Shown here: positions 29,947-40,166 of the stretch, one piece after another
How the letters are laid out: every line of letters starts with the position of its first letter
How positions within the stretch are numbered: the stretch's first letter is position 1
Assembly: GCA_964412455.1 (NCBI GenBank)
Contig: CAYPOT010000001.1
Location: forward strand, 2,173-66,172
Source: an uncultured Nitrospiraceae bacterium
GTDB taxonomy: Bacteria; Nitrospirota; UBA9217
DNA length: 64,000 nt
Direction: 5' to 3'
Notes under the pieces: model-generated
What the model was told of the DNA's origin: nothing
The model's input: the letters and a program-made list of their open reading frames with translations, nothing else
The model's database searches: none
Translations under genes and position numbers: made by a program

Positions 29947-32316
29947 TTACTGGCCGCTCGTCTTGCCGTTCCGCGGATGATCCGCTGTCTTCTCTCGCGC
30001 GGTCAGCGGCTCTTTGTTGCCGTTCTCTTTTTTCGAATCCTCGTCCACCGGCGCCGCATTGTCGTCGTCCGTCTCACGGCGCTCGGCGCCCTCTTCGACC
30101 AGCGACATCTCCTTCTTCGTGTTCACGAACAGCACGTTCCCCACGCCTTCATAGCCCGTGAAGACCTCCTGCTTGCGCCGCTTGATGGCCTCGGCCCGGA
30201 AACCCACGATGATCAGGTCCGCGTCCCTTGAGCGTTCCCTGATGAGGTCCCGCCGGTCCAGGTCCTTTATCTGCGGGATCACCTCCACGTTGTGCTCCGA
30301 GATCGGCAGCCTGCCCGAACGGATCATCTGCCTGAGGTCTTTTTCTTCTTCCTGCAGCGATTCGATCGGCAGGACCGAGAAGATCTTGATGGAGGCGCCC
30401 TTCCAGTCCGGGTGCCCCAGCAGGATGTAGGCAAGCACGATCATGAGCGATTCGTTCGCGTAGTCGTCGGGGCTGAGCCAGATATGGATCTCCTTGCGGT
30501 ACCCGAACCCGCGTTCCGCGATAGCGAGTATGCAGACGTCGAATCCCGTGGATGCCACGAGCTGGTAGTTCTCCACAATGGGCTTCAGACCCTCGGGCTC
30601 GTCCTTGGCGAATTCGAGCAGCAGCATGTTGTTCTCTTTACCCGAGATGCCGGGAAGCTGGATGATCTGGGAGATCGTCGTGGTATAGGACGGGCTGACG
30701 ATGGTGTCCACATAGATGTTGCTCTCGCTCACGCTGGCCATCTTGACCAGCCGGTCCAGCACCTCCAGCGACTCCTTCCAGGTGGTGCGGGAGAGATACC
30801 CCTCGATATGATGAATATAGGTCCCGAACCCGTAGCGGTGGGAGATCCAGCGCATGAGGTCGAAGGAGTGCAGCCGCTTGAAGGAAGCGTCGGTCAGGCA
30901 GACCACGGCGGGCCGCCAGCTGTCCCGCTCCTGCTTCCGCGACTTCTGCAGGAAGATGTGGAGCTGACGGCTGAGCTGGAAGATGGCGCCCTGTACGATG
31001 TTCGAAAGTCCCTGTTTGTCCTTGTTGTAATAACTGATCGTCTGATAGAGCGAGAACATCAGCACGATCGCCAGGATCGCGTAGGGCGTGCTCATCTGGA
31101 ACATCAGCCAGCCGCACAGGACGGCGCCGAAGAAGGAGATGAACCAGCGGGAACGGAACGTGGGGCGGTACGACGGGTCGGCGGCAAAGTGCTCCAGAAA
31201 GGAGATGAGGCAGATGGACCCGTAGGTCACCATGAAGAACATGGAGATGATCTTGGCCACGAAGTTTACGTCTCCCATCAGGACAAAGACAACGGCGATC
31301 GTCGCGGTCACCATCGAGGCGTTGGCCGGCTCGTAGGCGCTGCCCTTGCCTTTTGACAGCCAGGCGCTGAGGCGCCTGAGCGGAAGCACGTTGTCCTCGC
31401 CGATGGCCTGGAGCGTGCGCGGCGCCACCATGAAGGACCCGAGGGCCGACGAGATCGTGGCGCAGGCCAGACCGATGGGGATCATGGGGCCCCACAGGGC
31501 GATCTTGCTCATCACGAGCTGGTCCCCGGCGAGGTCCTGCGGGGAGGCCGAGATGGACAGTTTGTAGGCGATCAGGACGTACACGATCATGCCGGTTAAC
31601 GTGGCCGCCAGGGTGCCGAGGGGAATGGACTTTCGGGGATTGCGGAGGTTGCCGGAGAGGCCCACGCCGGCGGTCATGCCGGTGAAGGCAGGGAAGCAGA
31701 TGGCGAAGACCACGAAGAAGGGGTCCGCATGCTCGATGGTCGCGATGAGCGACTCAGGACCCGCCGTGGCTGTGTAGCCCGTATTGCCCATGAAGAAGGC
31801 GGCGAGGGACGTGAACAGCACCGCTACGACCACGTAGAGAGCCTTCATCCCCAGGTTCGCGCCCTTGGCCGTGATGATCAGCGTCATGATCAGAACGGCC
31901 GGCAGGCTGATCCAGCGCTTGTCCGCGATCACGATGCCGTAGTTCTCCCGGAGCCAGGTGATCACGGGATCGAAGGCCTCGGCAAAGGCGATGATGTAAA
32001 AGGCGACGCTGATGGCCTGGGAGAGATAGAGGGACAGGCCGATGGCCGAGCCGATGATCAGGCCGAAGGACCGCGATATGATGAAGTACTCGCCGCCGCC
32101 CTCCACCTTCTGGTTCGTGGCTATCTCCGCGATGGCCATGGCCGTGGGGATCGTGACCAGGTGCCCGATCAGGATGATGACGAGTACGCCCAGGAAGCCC
32201 ACGTTCCCCACGGCATACCCGAAACGCAGGAACATGACGGCCCCGAGGATCGTCGAAATGGCCATTAAAAAAACGGGAGCGGTTCCGAAGGTTGCGCTTT
32301 TTCTATTTTCGATCAA
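29947..32316 (-). CDS. APC-superfamily (amino acid/cation-coupled) permease with a C-terminal cytoplasmic UspA-like domain
   Basis: A 12-TM APC core (GxG...EIATNQKVEGGGEYFIISRSFG) is followed by an approximately 300-aa soluble tail. The TTG start at 32316 is preceded by GGAGG at an 8-nt spacing. Confidence 0.8.
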   Translation of the reverse strand: MIENRKSATFGTAPVFLMAISTILGAVMFLRFGYAVGNVGFLGVLVIILIGHLVTIPTAMAIAEIATNQKVEGGGEYFIISRSFGLIIGSAIGLSLYLSQAISVAFYIIAFAEAFDPVITWLRENYGIVIADKRWISLPAVLIMTLIITAKGANLGMKALYVVVAVLFTSLAAFFMGNTGYTATAGPESLIATIEHADPFFVVFAICFPAFTGMTAGVGLSGNLRNPRKSIPLGTLAATLTGMIVYVLIAYKLSISASPQDLAGDQLVMSKIALWGPMIPIGLACATISSALGSFMVAPRTLQAIGEDNVLPLRRLSAWLSKGKGSAYEPANASMVTATIAVVFVLMGDVNFVAKIISMFFMVTYGSICLISFLEHFAADPSYRPTFRSRWFISFFGAVLCGWLMFQMSTPYAILAIVLMFSLYQTISYYNKDKQGLSNIVQGAIFQLSRQLHIFLQKSRKQERDSWRPAVVCLTDASFKRLHSFDLMRWISHRYGFGTYIHHIEGYLSRTTWKESLEVLDRLVKMASVSESNIYVDTIVSPSYTTTISQIIQLPGISGKENNMLLLEFAKDEPEGLKPIVENYQLVASTGFDVCILAIAERGFGYRKEIHIWLSPDDYANESLMIVLAYILLGHPDWKGASIKIFSVLPIESLQEEEKDLRQMIRSGRLPISEHNVEVIPQIKDLDRRDLIRERSRDADLIIVGFRAEAIKRRKQEVFTGYEGVGNVLFVNTKKEMSLVEEGAERRETDDDNAAPVDEDSKKENGNKEPLTAREKTADHPRNGKTSGQ

Positions 32317-32455
32317 AGGCCGATACCTCCAAGCGTATGTGTACTGTCCCGTAGTGTTCGGTTGTCGTTTTTCCGGGAACGCGCGGCTGACACGCCGTGC
32401 AAAGCCCGGGCGACGTCGAGCCGCTTATTGGGACATTTGCACAAATAGACGCGGT

Positions 32456-32773
32456 TTAGACGTGAGCTAAGGCAGGTAATCTTTTTATTTTCTTTATCTC
32501 TTTTGCAGTTGATGAGTGGGTTACATGATATAAATCCCACGCCAGCTGCAAATTAAGCCAAAATTGCGCCTCCATGCCGAATAGTTTCTCCAGACGAAGT
32601 GCCGTGTCAGGGGTGACCCCCCGCTTCGCATGAATCAGTTCATTAACGCGAGGGTATGAAACGCCGAGTTTTTCCGCCAACTCGCTCTGGGTTATTTTCA
32701 GAGGCTTGAGAAACTCCTCCAATAGCATTTCGCCGGGATGCGTCGGTGGACCATGTTTAGGTATGCGTACCAT
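32456..32773 (-). CDS. higA: HigA-family antitoxin (XRE HTH)
   Basis: 'ITQSELAEKLGVSYPRVNELIHAKRGVTPDTALRLEKLFG' is an HTH_XRE / HigA-type motif. It lies immediately downstream of higB. Confidence 0.75.
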   Translation of the reverse strand: MVRIPKHGPPTHPGEMLLEEFLKPLKITQSELAEKLGVSYPRVNELIHAKRGVTPDTALRLEKLFGMEAQFWLNLQLAWDLYHVTHSSTAKEIKKIKRLPALAHV

Positions 32774-32791
32774 TTTCTTCTCCTTCACTCT

Positions 32792-33085
32792 TCAGTGGTA
32801 ATCGGTAATTTCCACGTTTTCCACGCCATCATCCGTCCACACAAAACAAACGCGGAACTGGTCATTCATCCGTATGCTGTGCTGACCTTTCCGATCATGC
32901 TTAAGGGCTTCAAGTAAGTTGCCCGGTGGAATTTTCAAAGACGCCAAAGAAATGACGCCATTAAGTTGGTCGAGTTTTCGCTGCGCTATTCGCCAGATTT
33001 GCTGCGGACAGGTCAGCCTGGCTTCTCTGGTGTTTTTCCTGTCAAAAATATCCTCTGTACCTTTGTCGCGGAACGATTTTATCAC
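32792..33085 (-). CDS. higB: HigB-family toxin (RelE/ParE superfamily mRNA interferase)
   Basis: A 97-aa protein 'MIKSFRDKGTEDIF...' with the family-typical N-terminus and size. It is paired with higA 3 nt downstream. Confidence 0.75.
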   Translation of the reverse strand: MIKSFRDKGTEDIFDRKNTREARLTCPQQIWRIAQRKLDQLNGVISLASLKIPPGNLLEALKHDRKGQHSIRMNDQFRVCFVWTDDGVENVEITDYH

Positions 33086-33683
33086 CAGGCATCCTCGAAC
33101 GGGTTAATTCATCACTACGATAGATTATAACGGGTACCGTTATATATGGCAACAGCTATTTGGCGGTCACGACTGGAATCTTCAGCGTTTTCTTTTGAAT
33201 AGACCTGCTCCTGCACCAAAGATAATGCCGAAACCGCCACAGAACAGACAGGTTAGTAACGGCGGTGGGCCGGCATAAGGATTCGATGCATACTTGAAAG
33301 CTCCAATCTGAATTAACCGTAACCAAGCACCGCCGAAAATAATACGAAGCCAAGCAAGGAAAATAGAAACATCTGCAAATGGAGTCGTTTCCTCGATTTA
33401 AATTCGGAATTGTCTTCAGTACTTATGTAGATTCCTCACACCGCACAATGATGAGTTGAGCCCTGCGCTACTCAGCGCGGGGCTCGAACGACTCGTTATC
33501 ATTTCGGTGTAAGGGGCTCAAGTCTATCCTTTGCCGAGACTCTGCATCATATTTGAAGCGAATGCACAGTAGGGCATCGCCGCACTTTTCCGTGAGCTTT
33601 TTGGTCCCGGGTTGCCCCGGTTTGAGGATCAGTCGTGTTTTCACTGAGCTCTCCGAATACAACGGTGCTGCTCCCTCGATTCG

Positions 33684-33995
33684 TCAAAGGTCCAGCGCAA
33701 AACCTATGGCTTTGCGAAGTTCACCGAGTTTGTCTCTTGATAAGGTCGTGATCAACGCTCCGATGTTCGATTTTGACACCGTTTGGAGGTGGTCACAATT
33801 GATCGCGCAATCCGTTTGCATGCCATCCTGCCGGGACAAGAGCACTTCGCTCGGAATGTCCCTTATGGTGGATGTTATCGGTGCAACGGTGGCCTCACCC
33901 AGGTACTCCAGAACGGAATTTCTCGTCAAAACGACCACGGGGCGCTTCTTGTCGGGGTGCTTGAACTTGTACCACCTCACCTCGCCGCGTTTCAT
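33684..33995 (-). CDS. mazF: MazF/PemK-family toxin
   Basis: 'RGEVRWYKFKHPDKKRPVVVLT' is the MazF/PemK N-terminal motif. It overlaps the upstream RHH antitoxin gene by 4 nt. Confidence 0.75.
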   Translation of the reverse strand: MKRGEVRWYKFKHPDKKRPVVVLTRNSVLEYLGEATVAPITSTIRDIPSEVLLSRQDGMQTDCAINCDHLQTVSKSNIGALITTLSRDKLGELRKAIGFALDL

Positions 33996-34225
33996 TTGTC
34001 ACCCCATTCCTGCTCCGACTCCCAGACGCTGAACTCCGCCTTGCCTGCAGGGTGGTGCCCGTATCCCTTTTTATGCTTTTTCTCGAGCAGGTCGGCATTC
34101 ACCTGCTTGATGGCATTCCGCAGCGCCTTGCGCGCGAAGGCGGACCGGGTCGTTTTCAGTTTTTTTACAACCTGGTCCACGGTCGCGACCAGTTCATCAT
34201 CCAGGGTCATTTGGATCGTCTTCAT
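33992..34225 (-). CDS. mazE: ribbon-helix-helix (CopG/MazE-like) antitoxin
   Basis: A small basic protein 'MKTIQMTLDDELVATVDQVVKKLKTTRSAFARKALRNAI' with an RHH fold signature. ATG at 34225 follows AGGAGG. Confidence 0.7.
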   Translation of the reverse strand: MKTIQMTLDDELVATVDQVVKKLKTTRSAFARKALRNAIKQVNADLLEKKHKKGYGHHPAGKAEFSVWESEQEWGDK

Positions 34226-34331
34226 GCCATCCTCCTGCAATGTGGATACGTATAGCTATGATAGTCCACATTGCATCGTGTGTCAAGGCTGCGGCGTCGT
34301 GATGGCCATGCCCCGCTTCTCCGAAGCGCCG

Positions 34332-34925
34332 TTATTTGTACTTCCTCACCACTGCCGTCACGACGCCGGCCACTTTCAGCTCGTTCTTGGGTTTGATGGG
34401 CTGGTACTTCGGGTTGGCGGGGATGAGGGTGATCGTTTCGCCCCGTTTACGGAGATACTTCATGGTCCATTCACCATCCACCTGGGCGATGACGATGTCG
34501 CCGCTCTTCGGCGTCTGGCCCTTGTCCACGATGACCATGTCGCCGGGCAGGATGCCCGCGCCGGACATGGAATCGCCCGATACTTTCAGCAGAAAGGTCG
34601 CCTCGCGGTTCTGGATGAGGAAATCGTCCAGGGAGAGGGTGTCGACCAGCTCTTCCTCGGCGGGAGAGGGGAAGCCCGCCTCGACGGTGCCCAGGACCCG
34701 GACCGGCTTGGCCATGGCTAGGGGGATCAGCCTGCCTTTGTTGTCCTTTTCGAGGACCTTCAGCTTCTCGAGCTTGGCGATGAGCTTAAAGACGGCGTTC
34801 TTCGAGCGCAGGCCGGTCATATCGCCGATCTCGGCGTAGCTTGGCATCCTGCCGCTGTTTGTGTAGAACTTTTTGATCTTCCGAACACGGGAGGCGATCG
34901 TGTCCTCTTTCAGGGTACGTGGCAT
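34332..34925 (-). CDS. lexA: LexA repressor
   Basis: An N-terminal wHTH is followed by the S24 peptidase domain with cleavage site 'VEAGFP' and the catalytic 'GDSM' Ser and 'MKY' Lys. ATG at 34925. Confidence 0.88.
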   Translation of the reverse strand: MPRTLKEDTIASRVRKIKKFYTNSGRMPSYAEIGDMTGLRSKNAVFKLIAKLEKLKVLEKDNKGRLIPLAMAKPVRVLGTVEAGFPSPAEEELVDTLSLDDFLIQNREATFLLKVSGDSMSGAGILPGDMVIVDKGQTPKSGDIVIAQVDGEWTMKYLRKRGETITLIPANPKYQPIKPKNELKVAGVVTAVVRKYK

Positions 34926-34961
34926 GGAGGCATTATAGGTGAACGAACGTTCACTTGTCAA
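34926..34961 (-). promoter_or_regulatory. lexA promoter with an embedded Cheo-type LexA operator
   Basis: The minus strand reads TTGACA-agtGAACGTTCGTTCacc-TATAAT-gcctcc-ATG. The -35 and -10 hexamers are perfect. GAAC-N4-GTTC matches the Cheo box used by the Gram-positive-type LexA of deltaproteobacteria. The ATG lies 6 nt after the -10, so the transcript is leaderless or nearly so. Confidence 0.5.
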
Positions 34962-35050
34962 GGGTGAAGTGGGATCCCGGGCTGCTGTTCCTCAGGAAGG
35001 GGACAAAAACAAAAGAGGCCAGTCTTTTCGACTGACCCCTTCATTCATTA

Positions 35051-35126
<76 letters not shown>

Positions 35127-35343
35127 GCTCTTTTTGAGCAGGGACAAATATAACAAAACAGGTCGAGTCTTGTCAACATAAAAGTGGGAAGATCAGGCTG
35201 AAATAACGCTGCCACCGCAGATTTTCCGTCACCGCGCCGTGCCGCCCGCGGGTCCACAGACTGTTGACTCAGCGTCGTTCCTGTGGTATTTTGTTCATGG
35301 TGGTAAAGACTCGTTATGGTCATAAGGGAGGCGTAAAAGCAGT

Positions 35344-36195
35344 ATGAATACACTTAAGACAGTTGCTCTTCTCACCTTTTTGACGGTGCTTCTCGTGTTC
35401 GCCGGCGGCGCTCTCGGCGGCAGGAACGGCATGATCATCGCTTTTGCCATGGCGCTGGTCATGAACTTCGTTTCCTACTGGTTCAGCGACAAGATCGTCC
35501 TTAAAATGTACAAGGCGCAGCCGGTAACCGAGGCGCAGGCGCCCGATCTGCATGCCATGGTGCGCAGGCTCATCCAGAAGGCGGGACTTCCCATGCCGAA
35601 GGTCTATATCATTCCCGATGCGTCTATGAACGCCTTTGCCACGGGCCGGGACCCGGAGCACGGCGTCGTGGCGGTGACCGAGGGCATCATGCGGGCCCTC
35701 GACCGGGAGGAGTTGGAGGGCGTCATCGCTCACGAACTGGCCCACATCAAGCACCGCGATATCCTGACCGGCACGATCGTGGCGACCATTGCAGGCGCCA
35801 TCAGTATGATGGCGCAGATGGCCCAGTGGGCCATGATCTTCGGCGGCGGCAGGAGGAGCGATAACGATGAGGGCGGGAGCCCCATTGCCGCCCTGGTGAT
35901 GATGATCGTGGCGCCCATCGCCGCCATGATGGTCCAGATGGCCATCTCACGCACGCGGGAGTACGAAGCCGACAAGGGCGGCGCGGCGATCGCCGGAAAT
36001 CCCTACGGCCTCGCGAACGCGCTTCTGAAACTGGAGCGCGGCGCGCAGGTCGTCCCGCTGCATGACGCGAAACCCGCGACAGCTCATATGTTCATCGTGA
36101 ACCCGCTTACGGGTGGCGGTCTCATGAAACTGTTCAGCACCCACCCCCCTATCGCAGAGCGGGTGAAGCGGCTGAAGGAACTGCGCGGAAGATAG
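35344..36195 (+). CDS. htpX: membrane zinc metalloprotease HtpX
   Basis: Two N-terminal TM helices, then '[12 protein letters not shown]' (HExxH) and the M48 protease C-terminal region. Confidence 0.88.
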   Translation: MNTLKTVALLTFLTVLLVFAGGALGGRNGMIIAFAMALVMNFVSYWFSDKIVLKMYKAQPVTEAQAPDLHAMVRRLIQKAGLPMPKVYIIPDASMNAFATGRDPEHGVVAVTEGIMRALDREELEGVIAHELAHIKHRDILTGTIVATIAGAISMMAQMAQWAMIFGGGRRSDNDEGGSPIAALVMMIVAPIAAMMVQMAISRTREYEADKGGAAIAGNPYGLANALLKLERGAQVVPLHDAKPATAHMFIVNPLTGGGLMKLFSTHPPIAERVKRLKELRGR

Positions 36196-36224
36196 TCTGT
36201 GCACTGATACCTGATCACTGCGAA

Positions 36225-36254
36225 GCCCTGCCGGGACGCCGGCAGGGCTTTTTA
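36225..36254 (+). terminator. rho-independent terminator after htpX
   Basis: GCCCTGCCGG-gacg-CCGGCAGGGC forms a perfect 10-bp stem, followed by TTTTT. Confidence 0.5.
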
Positions 36255-36384
36255 TTATCCTTTCTCCTGAGCGCGAAAGGATCTTGATGTCCGCAGGAAT
36301 GCCTTGAATTTACGCAACCCCTGTGATAAATTTATGATCTGTCAGCTGTCAACAACAAGGACGGCAGCTGAAGGAGGTGTGGAT

Positions 36385-36792
36385 GTGCGGTACCGGTATA
36401 TTTCCTATAAATATTCCCGTAAGGTGAGCTCGGACACGGCGCTCCAGAACATCTGGGATACCTTCGGTACCTGGGCGGTGCCCGTGGCTTCGGGGTGGCG
36501 GCCTCCGACGGACGTCTTCGAAACGCCTGACCAGTTCATCGTTCTGATCGAGGTGGCGGGTGTGGCCGAGGAGGACATTTCCGTAACCCTGTTCAGCGAC
36601 CTCCTGGTGGTGGAGGGCGTTCGCGAACAGCCGTCATTCTTCAGGTCGGGCATGTCGGCATGCCACCAGCTCGGCATTAAGTACGGCGACTTCCGGTCCG
36701 AGGTCTATATTCCGGTCAACGTGGACCACGATAACGTCTCCGCTGAATACAAGAACGGCCTGCTGAAGATCGTCCTGCGGAAGCTCGGCTGA
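36385..36792 (+). CDS. Hsp20/alpha-crystallin family small heat-shock protein
   Basis: Alpha-crystallin domain 'PPTDVFETPDQFIVLIEVAGVAEEDISV...AEYKNGLLKIVL'. The start is probably GTG at 36385, 7 nt after AGGAGG; the track ORF begins earlier at a TTG. A TTGAAT-N17-TAAATT promoter-like element lies at about 36304-36332. Confidence 0.72.
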   Translation: MRYRYISYKYSRKVSSDTALQNIWDTFGTWAVPVASGWRPPTDVFETPDQFIVLIEVAGVAEEDISVTLFSDLLVVEGVREQPSFFRSGMSACHQLGIKYGDFRSEVYIPVNVDHDNVSAEYKNGLLKIVLRKLG

Positions 36793-36885
36793 TCCGGTCA
36801 CGCAGGCATCATGAGGATCAGAGAAGTGTTCAAAGGAATGTTCAGAAAACACCCGAAACCGACACACCCAGCGAGGAGCAACGAG

Positions 36886-39267
36886 ATGGAAGATAAACTG
36901 GAGGCACAGCCCGAAAAAGGACCGCCGGTGCCCGCGGAGCTGCCGGTCCTGCCGCTCAAGGACACGGTGGTCTATCCCATGACCGTCTATCCCCTCGTGA
37001 TCGGCAAGGAAAAATCCATCAGGTTGATCAACGACGTCACGGTGGGCGACAAGATCCTGGCACTCACCGCTCAGAAGAAGGCGGAGACCGAGGTCTCGGG
37101 CACGGGGGACGTTTACACCATCGGGACCATGGCGCGCATCCTCCAGATGGTGAAGGCGCCCGATGGAACGCTCCGGGTGCTGGTCCAGGGGATGGAGCGC
37201 ATTGCCATAGCCGAATTCGTGCAGAACGAACCTTACATCAAAGCGAAGGTAAACGCGCAGCCCGAGGTGAGCGAAAAATCGGTACCCATCGAGGCGCTGA
37301 TGCGGGGACTGGCCGAGCTCTTTCAGAAGATGGTGTCGCTGACGCCGAACATGCCGGAAGAGCTTTCAACGGCCGCACTCAATATTGAGGACCCGCGTCA
37401 GCTTGCCTACCTCGTGGCGACGAACATCCGCCTGGACCTCCCGCAGCGGCAGGAGATCCTGGAGATCGATCCCGTTGAAGAGAAGATGAACCGCCTCGTA
37501 CAGGCGCTGAACCGTGAGATTGAGGTCCTGGAACTGGGCAGAAAGATCCAGGGCCAGGCGAAAGACCAGATGCAGAAGGCAGAGCGGGAGTATATCCTCC
37601 GGCAGCAGCTCGCAGCCATTCGCAAGGAGCTGGGTGAGGAGGCCGAGGACGGCTCCGAGTCCAGGAGCCTGAGGGAGAAGATCGAACAGGCGAAACTGCC
37701 CCCGGAAGCGGAAAAGGAAGCAAAGCGGGAGCTTTCGCGCATGGAAAAGCTTTCCCAGGCCTCGCCCGAGTATTCCGTGATCCGCACGTACCTCGAGTGG
37801 ATGACGGGCCTGCCCTGGAACACGCTGTCATCGTCGGCCATCGACATCGCGAAGGCGAAGGAGACCCTGGACGAGGACCATTATGATCTCGAGAAGATCA
37901 AGGACCGGATCCTGGAATATCTTGCCGTAAAGAAACTGGGCGATGAGCGCGGCGCGCAGGAGGGGGCCAGGATACGGGAGCCGATCCTCTGCTTCGGAGG
38001 GCCTCCCGGCGTCGGCAAGACATCCCTGGGCCAGTCCATTGCCCGGGCGCTCAACCGGAAGTTCGTCCGCCTGTCCCTGGGAGGACTCCACGACGAGGCC
38101 GAGATCCGCGGACATCGCCGGACCTACATCGGCGCCATGCCGGGCCGCATCATCCAGGTCCTGAAGCGCGTGGAGACCCGCGACCCCGTCATCATGCTTG
38201 ACGAGGTGGACAAGGTGGGCAAGGACTGGCGCGGAGACCCGTCGTCGGCCCTGCTGGAGGTGCTGGACCCGGAGCAGAACAAGGATTTCCGGGACAACTA
38301 TCTTGATGTACCCTTCGACCTTTCGAAGGTGATGTTCATCACCACGGCGAACCAGTTGGAGACCATTCCGGCGCCGCTCCTCGACCGCATGGAAGTGCTT
38401 CATCTCTCAGGCTATACGGAAGATGAAAAACTGAATATCGCCCGTAAATATCTTGTTCCGAAGGAGATCAAGGCGAACGCGCTCAAGGTCGAGGAGATCA
38501 TTTTTGAGGACGACTCGATCCAGGGCATCATCAAGGATTTTACGCGGGAAGCCGGCGTCCGGAACCTGGAACGGGAGATCGCGAACGTCTGCCGCAAGGC
38601 GGCGAAGGCCGTTGCCGAGGGCAAACCGACGCCCATAACCATCACGCAGAAGAATCTCCATGAGTATCTCGGGAAGCCAAAGTACTTTGCGGAAACGTCG
38701 ACGATGATCGACCGGCCGGGAGTGGTCACCGGTCTCGCCTGGACGCCCGTGGGAGGGGACATCCTGTTCGTCGAAGCGTCGATGATGCCGGGGAACAAAC
38801 AGCTGACGCTGACCGGCCAGCTGGGGGACGTAATGAAAGAATCGGCCCAGGCGGCATTGTCCTATGTCCGTGCTCATGCCGAGGAATTGGGCATCAAAAA
38901 AGATTTCTTCGAAAAGACCGACCTCCATATCCATGTTCCGGCAGGGGCCATCCCGAAGGATGGGCCGTCGGCAGGCGTTACCATGACCACTGCCATCGTA
39001 TCCCTGCTGACGGGAAGGACCGTGAAGAACGACCTCGCCATGACAGGCGAGATCACCCTGCGGGGAAAGGTGATGCCCATCGGCGGGGTGAAGGAGAAAG
39101 TGCTGGCGGCGCGCCGTGCCGGGATCAAGACCGTGATCCTGCCAGAACGGAACATGAACGACCTGGACGACATCCCAGAAGATCTGCGCAAAGAGATGAC
39201 CTTCATACCCGTGGAGCGGATCGATCAGGTGATCGCCGCGGCGCTCGGGGAGAAGGGGGCGGTCTGA
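36886..39267 (+). CDS. lon: ATP-dependent Lon protease
   Basis: A Lon N-domain, the AAA+ Walker A 'GPPGVGKTS', and a protease domain with the catalytic 'PKDGPSAGVTM' Ser. ATG at 36886 follows GAGGAG. Confidence 0.92.
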   Translation: MEDKLEAQPEKGPPVPAELPVLPLKDTVVYPMTVYPLVIGKEKSIRLINDVTVGDKILALTAQKKAETEVSGTGDVYTIGTMARILQMVKAPDGTLRVLVQGMERIAIAEFVQNEPYIKAKVNAQPEVSEKSVPIEALMRGLAELFQKMVSLTPNMPEELSTAALNIEDPRQLAYLVATNIRLDLPQRQEILEIDPVEEKMNRLVQALNREIEVLELGRKIQGQAKDQMQKAEREYILRQQLAAIRKELGEEAEDGSESRSLREKIEQAKLPPEAEKEAKRELSRMEKLSQASPEYSVIRTYLEWMTGLPWNTLSSSAIDIAKAKETLDEDHYDLEKIKDRILEYLAVKKLGDERGAQEGARIREPILCFGGPPGVGKTSLGQSIARALNRKFVRLSLGGLHDEAEIRGHRRTYIGAMPGRIIQVLKRVETRDPVIMLDEVDKVGKDWRGDPSSALLEVLDPEQNKDFRDNYLDVPFDLSKVMFITTANQLETIPAPLLDRMEVLHLSGYTEDEKLNIARKYLVPKEIKANALKVEEIIFEDDSIQGIIKDFTREAGVRNLEREIANVCRKAAKAVAEGKPTPITITQKNLHEYLGKPKYFAETSTMIDRPGVVTGLAWTPVGGDILFVEASMMPGNKQLTLTGQLGDVMKESAQAALSYVRAHAEELGIKKDFFEKTDLHIHVPAGAIPKDGPSAGVTMTTAIVSLLTGRTVKNDLAMTGEITLRGKVMPIGGVKEKVLAARRAGIKTVILPERNMNDLDDIPEDLRKEMTFIPVERIDQVIAAALGEKGAV

Positions 39268-40166
39268 TGCATCCGGTGATCACGGCAAACGGGAAACGGG
39301 GAGATCGTCTCCCTCCGTGGTTCAAGGTGCGGTTGTCGATCGGTTCAGCATTCATCAAGGTGCGGAACCGCATCAGGGAAGGGGCGCTTCATACGGTCTG
39401 CGAGAGCGCCGCGTGTCCGAACCGGAACGAGTGCTGGAACGCGGGAACGGCCACGTTCCTGATCCTGGGCGACCGCTGCACCCGCTCCTGCGCGTTCTGC
39501 AACATCTCCTCAGGTGAGCCCCGCGCTGTTGATCAGGACGAGCCGAGGCGCGTCGCCGAGGCGGTCGCCTCGATGGCGCTCGCGTACGCGGTCGTCACGT
39601 CGGTGACGCGGGACGATCTGCCCGATGGCGGAGCGAACGTGTTCGCCGATGTCATCCGGACAATTCATACCATCTCTCCGCACTGCCGGATCGAGGTCCT
39701 CGTCCCGGACTTCCAGGGATCAGTTGCATCACTGGAAACAGTGCTGGACGCCGCGCCTCACGTTGTGAACCATAACGTAGAGACCGTTCCGTCGCTCTAT
39801 CCCCGGGTGCGGCCCGCCGCCGATTATGGCCGGTCACTCCGCCTCCTGGAGCGCGCAAAGCAGCGCGGCTTCGTCACCAAGTCTGGGATCATGCTTGGAC
39901 TGGGGGAGGGGATGGACATGGTGCGACCCGTCCTGCAGGACCTTCTGAGCGCCGGATGCAAGATACTTACTATCGGCCAGTACCTGCAGCCCTCCCTGAA
40001 CCATCTCCCCGTTGAGCGGTACTATCGGCCGGAGGAGTTCGAAGAACTCCGCACCGAGGCGCTGGGCCTTGGTTTTGATCACGTGGTCTCCGGCCCGCTC
40101 GTACGAAGCTCCTATCATGCGGCTTGCTATGGGGCGGAGCCTGTTACCTGCGAGCGAAATCTATGA
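39267..40166 (+). CDS. lipA: lipoyl synthase
   Basis: Two Fe-S Cys triads: 'CESAACPNRNECW' and 'CTRSCAFC' (radical SAM). Confidence 0.9.
   Translation: MHPVITANGKRGDRLPPWFKVRLSIGSAFIKVRNRIREGALHTVCESAACPNRNECWNAGTATFLILGDRCTRSCAFCNISSGEPRAVDQDEPRRVAEAVASMALAYAVVTSVTRDDLPDGGANVFADVIRTIHTISPHCRIEVLVPDFQGSVASLETVLDAAPHVVNHNVETVPSLYPRVRPAADYGRSLRLLERAKQRGFVTKSGIMLGLGEGMDMVRPVLQDLLSAGCKILTIGQYLQPSLNHLPVERYYRPEEFEELRTEALGLGFDHVVSGPLVRSSYHAACYGAEPVTCERNL

Noticed and set aside
33156-33662. Short ORFs (65 and 64 aa) and a PEP-CTERM-like hydrophobic/KRKR tail in the lower-GC gap between higB and mazF
   Set aside because: No start/SD context and no family match. They are more likely decayed remnants of an inserted element than live genes. 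They are kept only as context for the islet finding.
36303-36332. Sigma-32 heat-shock promoter upstream of hsp20
   Set aside because: CTTGAA is present, but the CCCC block is only about 9 nt away instead of 13-15. The region fits a sigma-70-like TTGAAT-N17-TAAATT better. No CIRCE element was found near htpX, hsp20 or lon.
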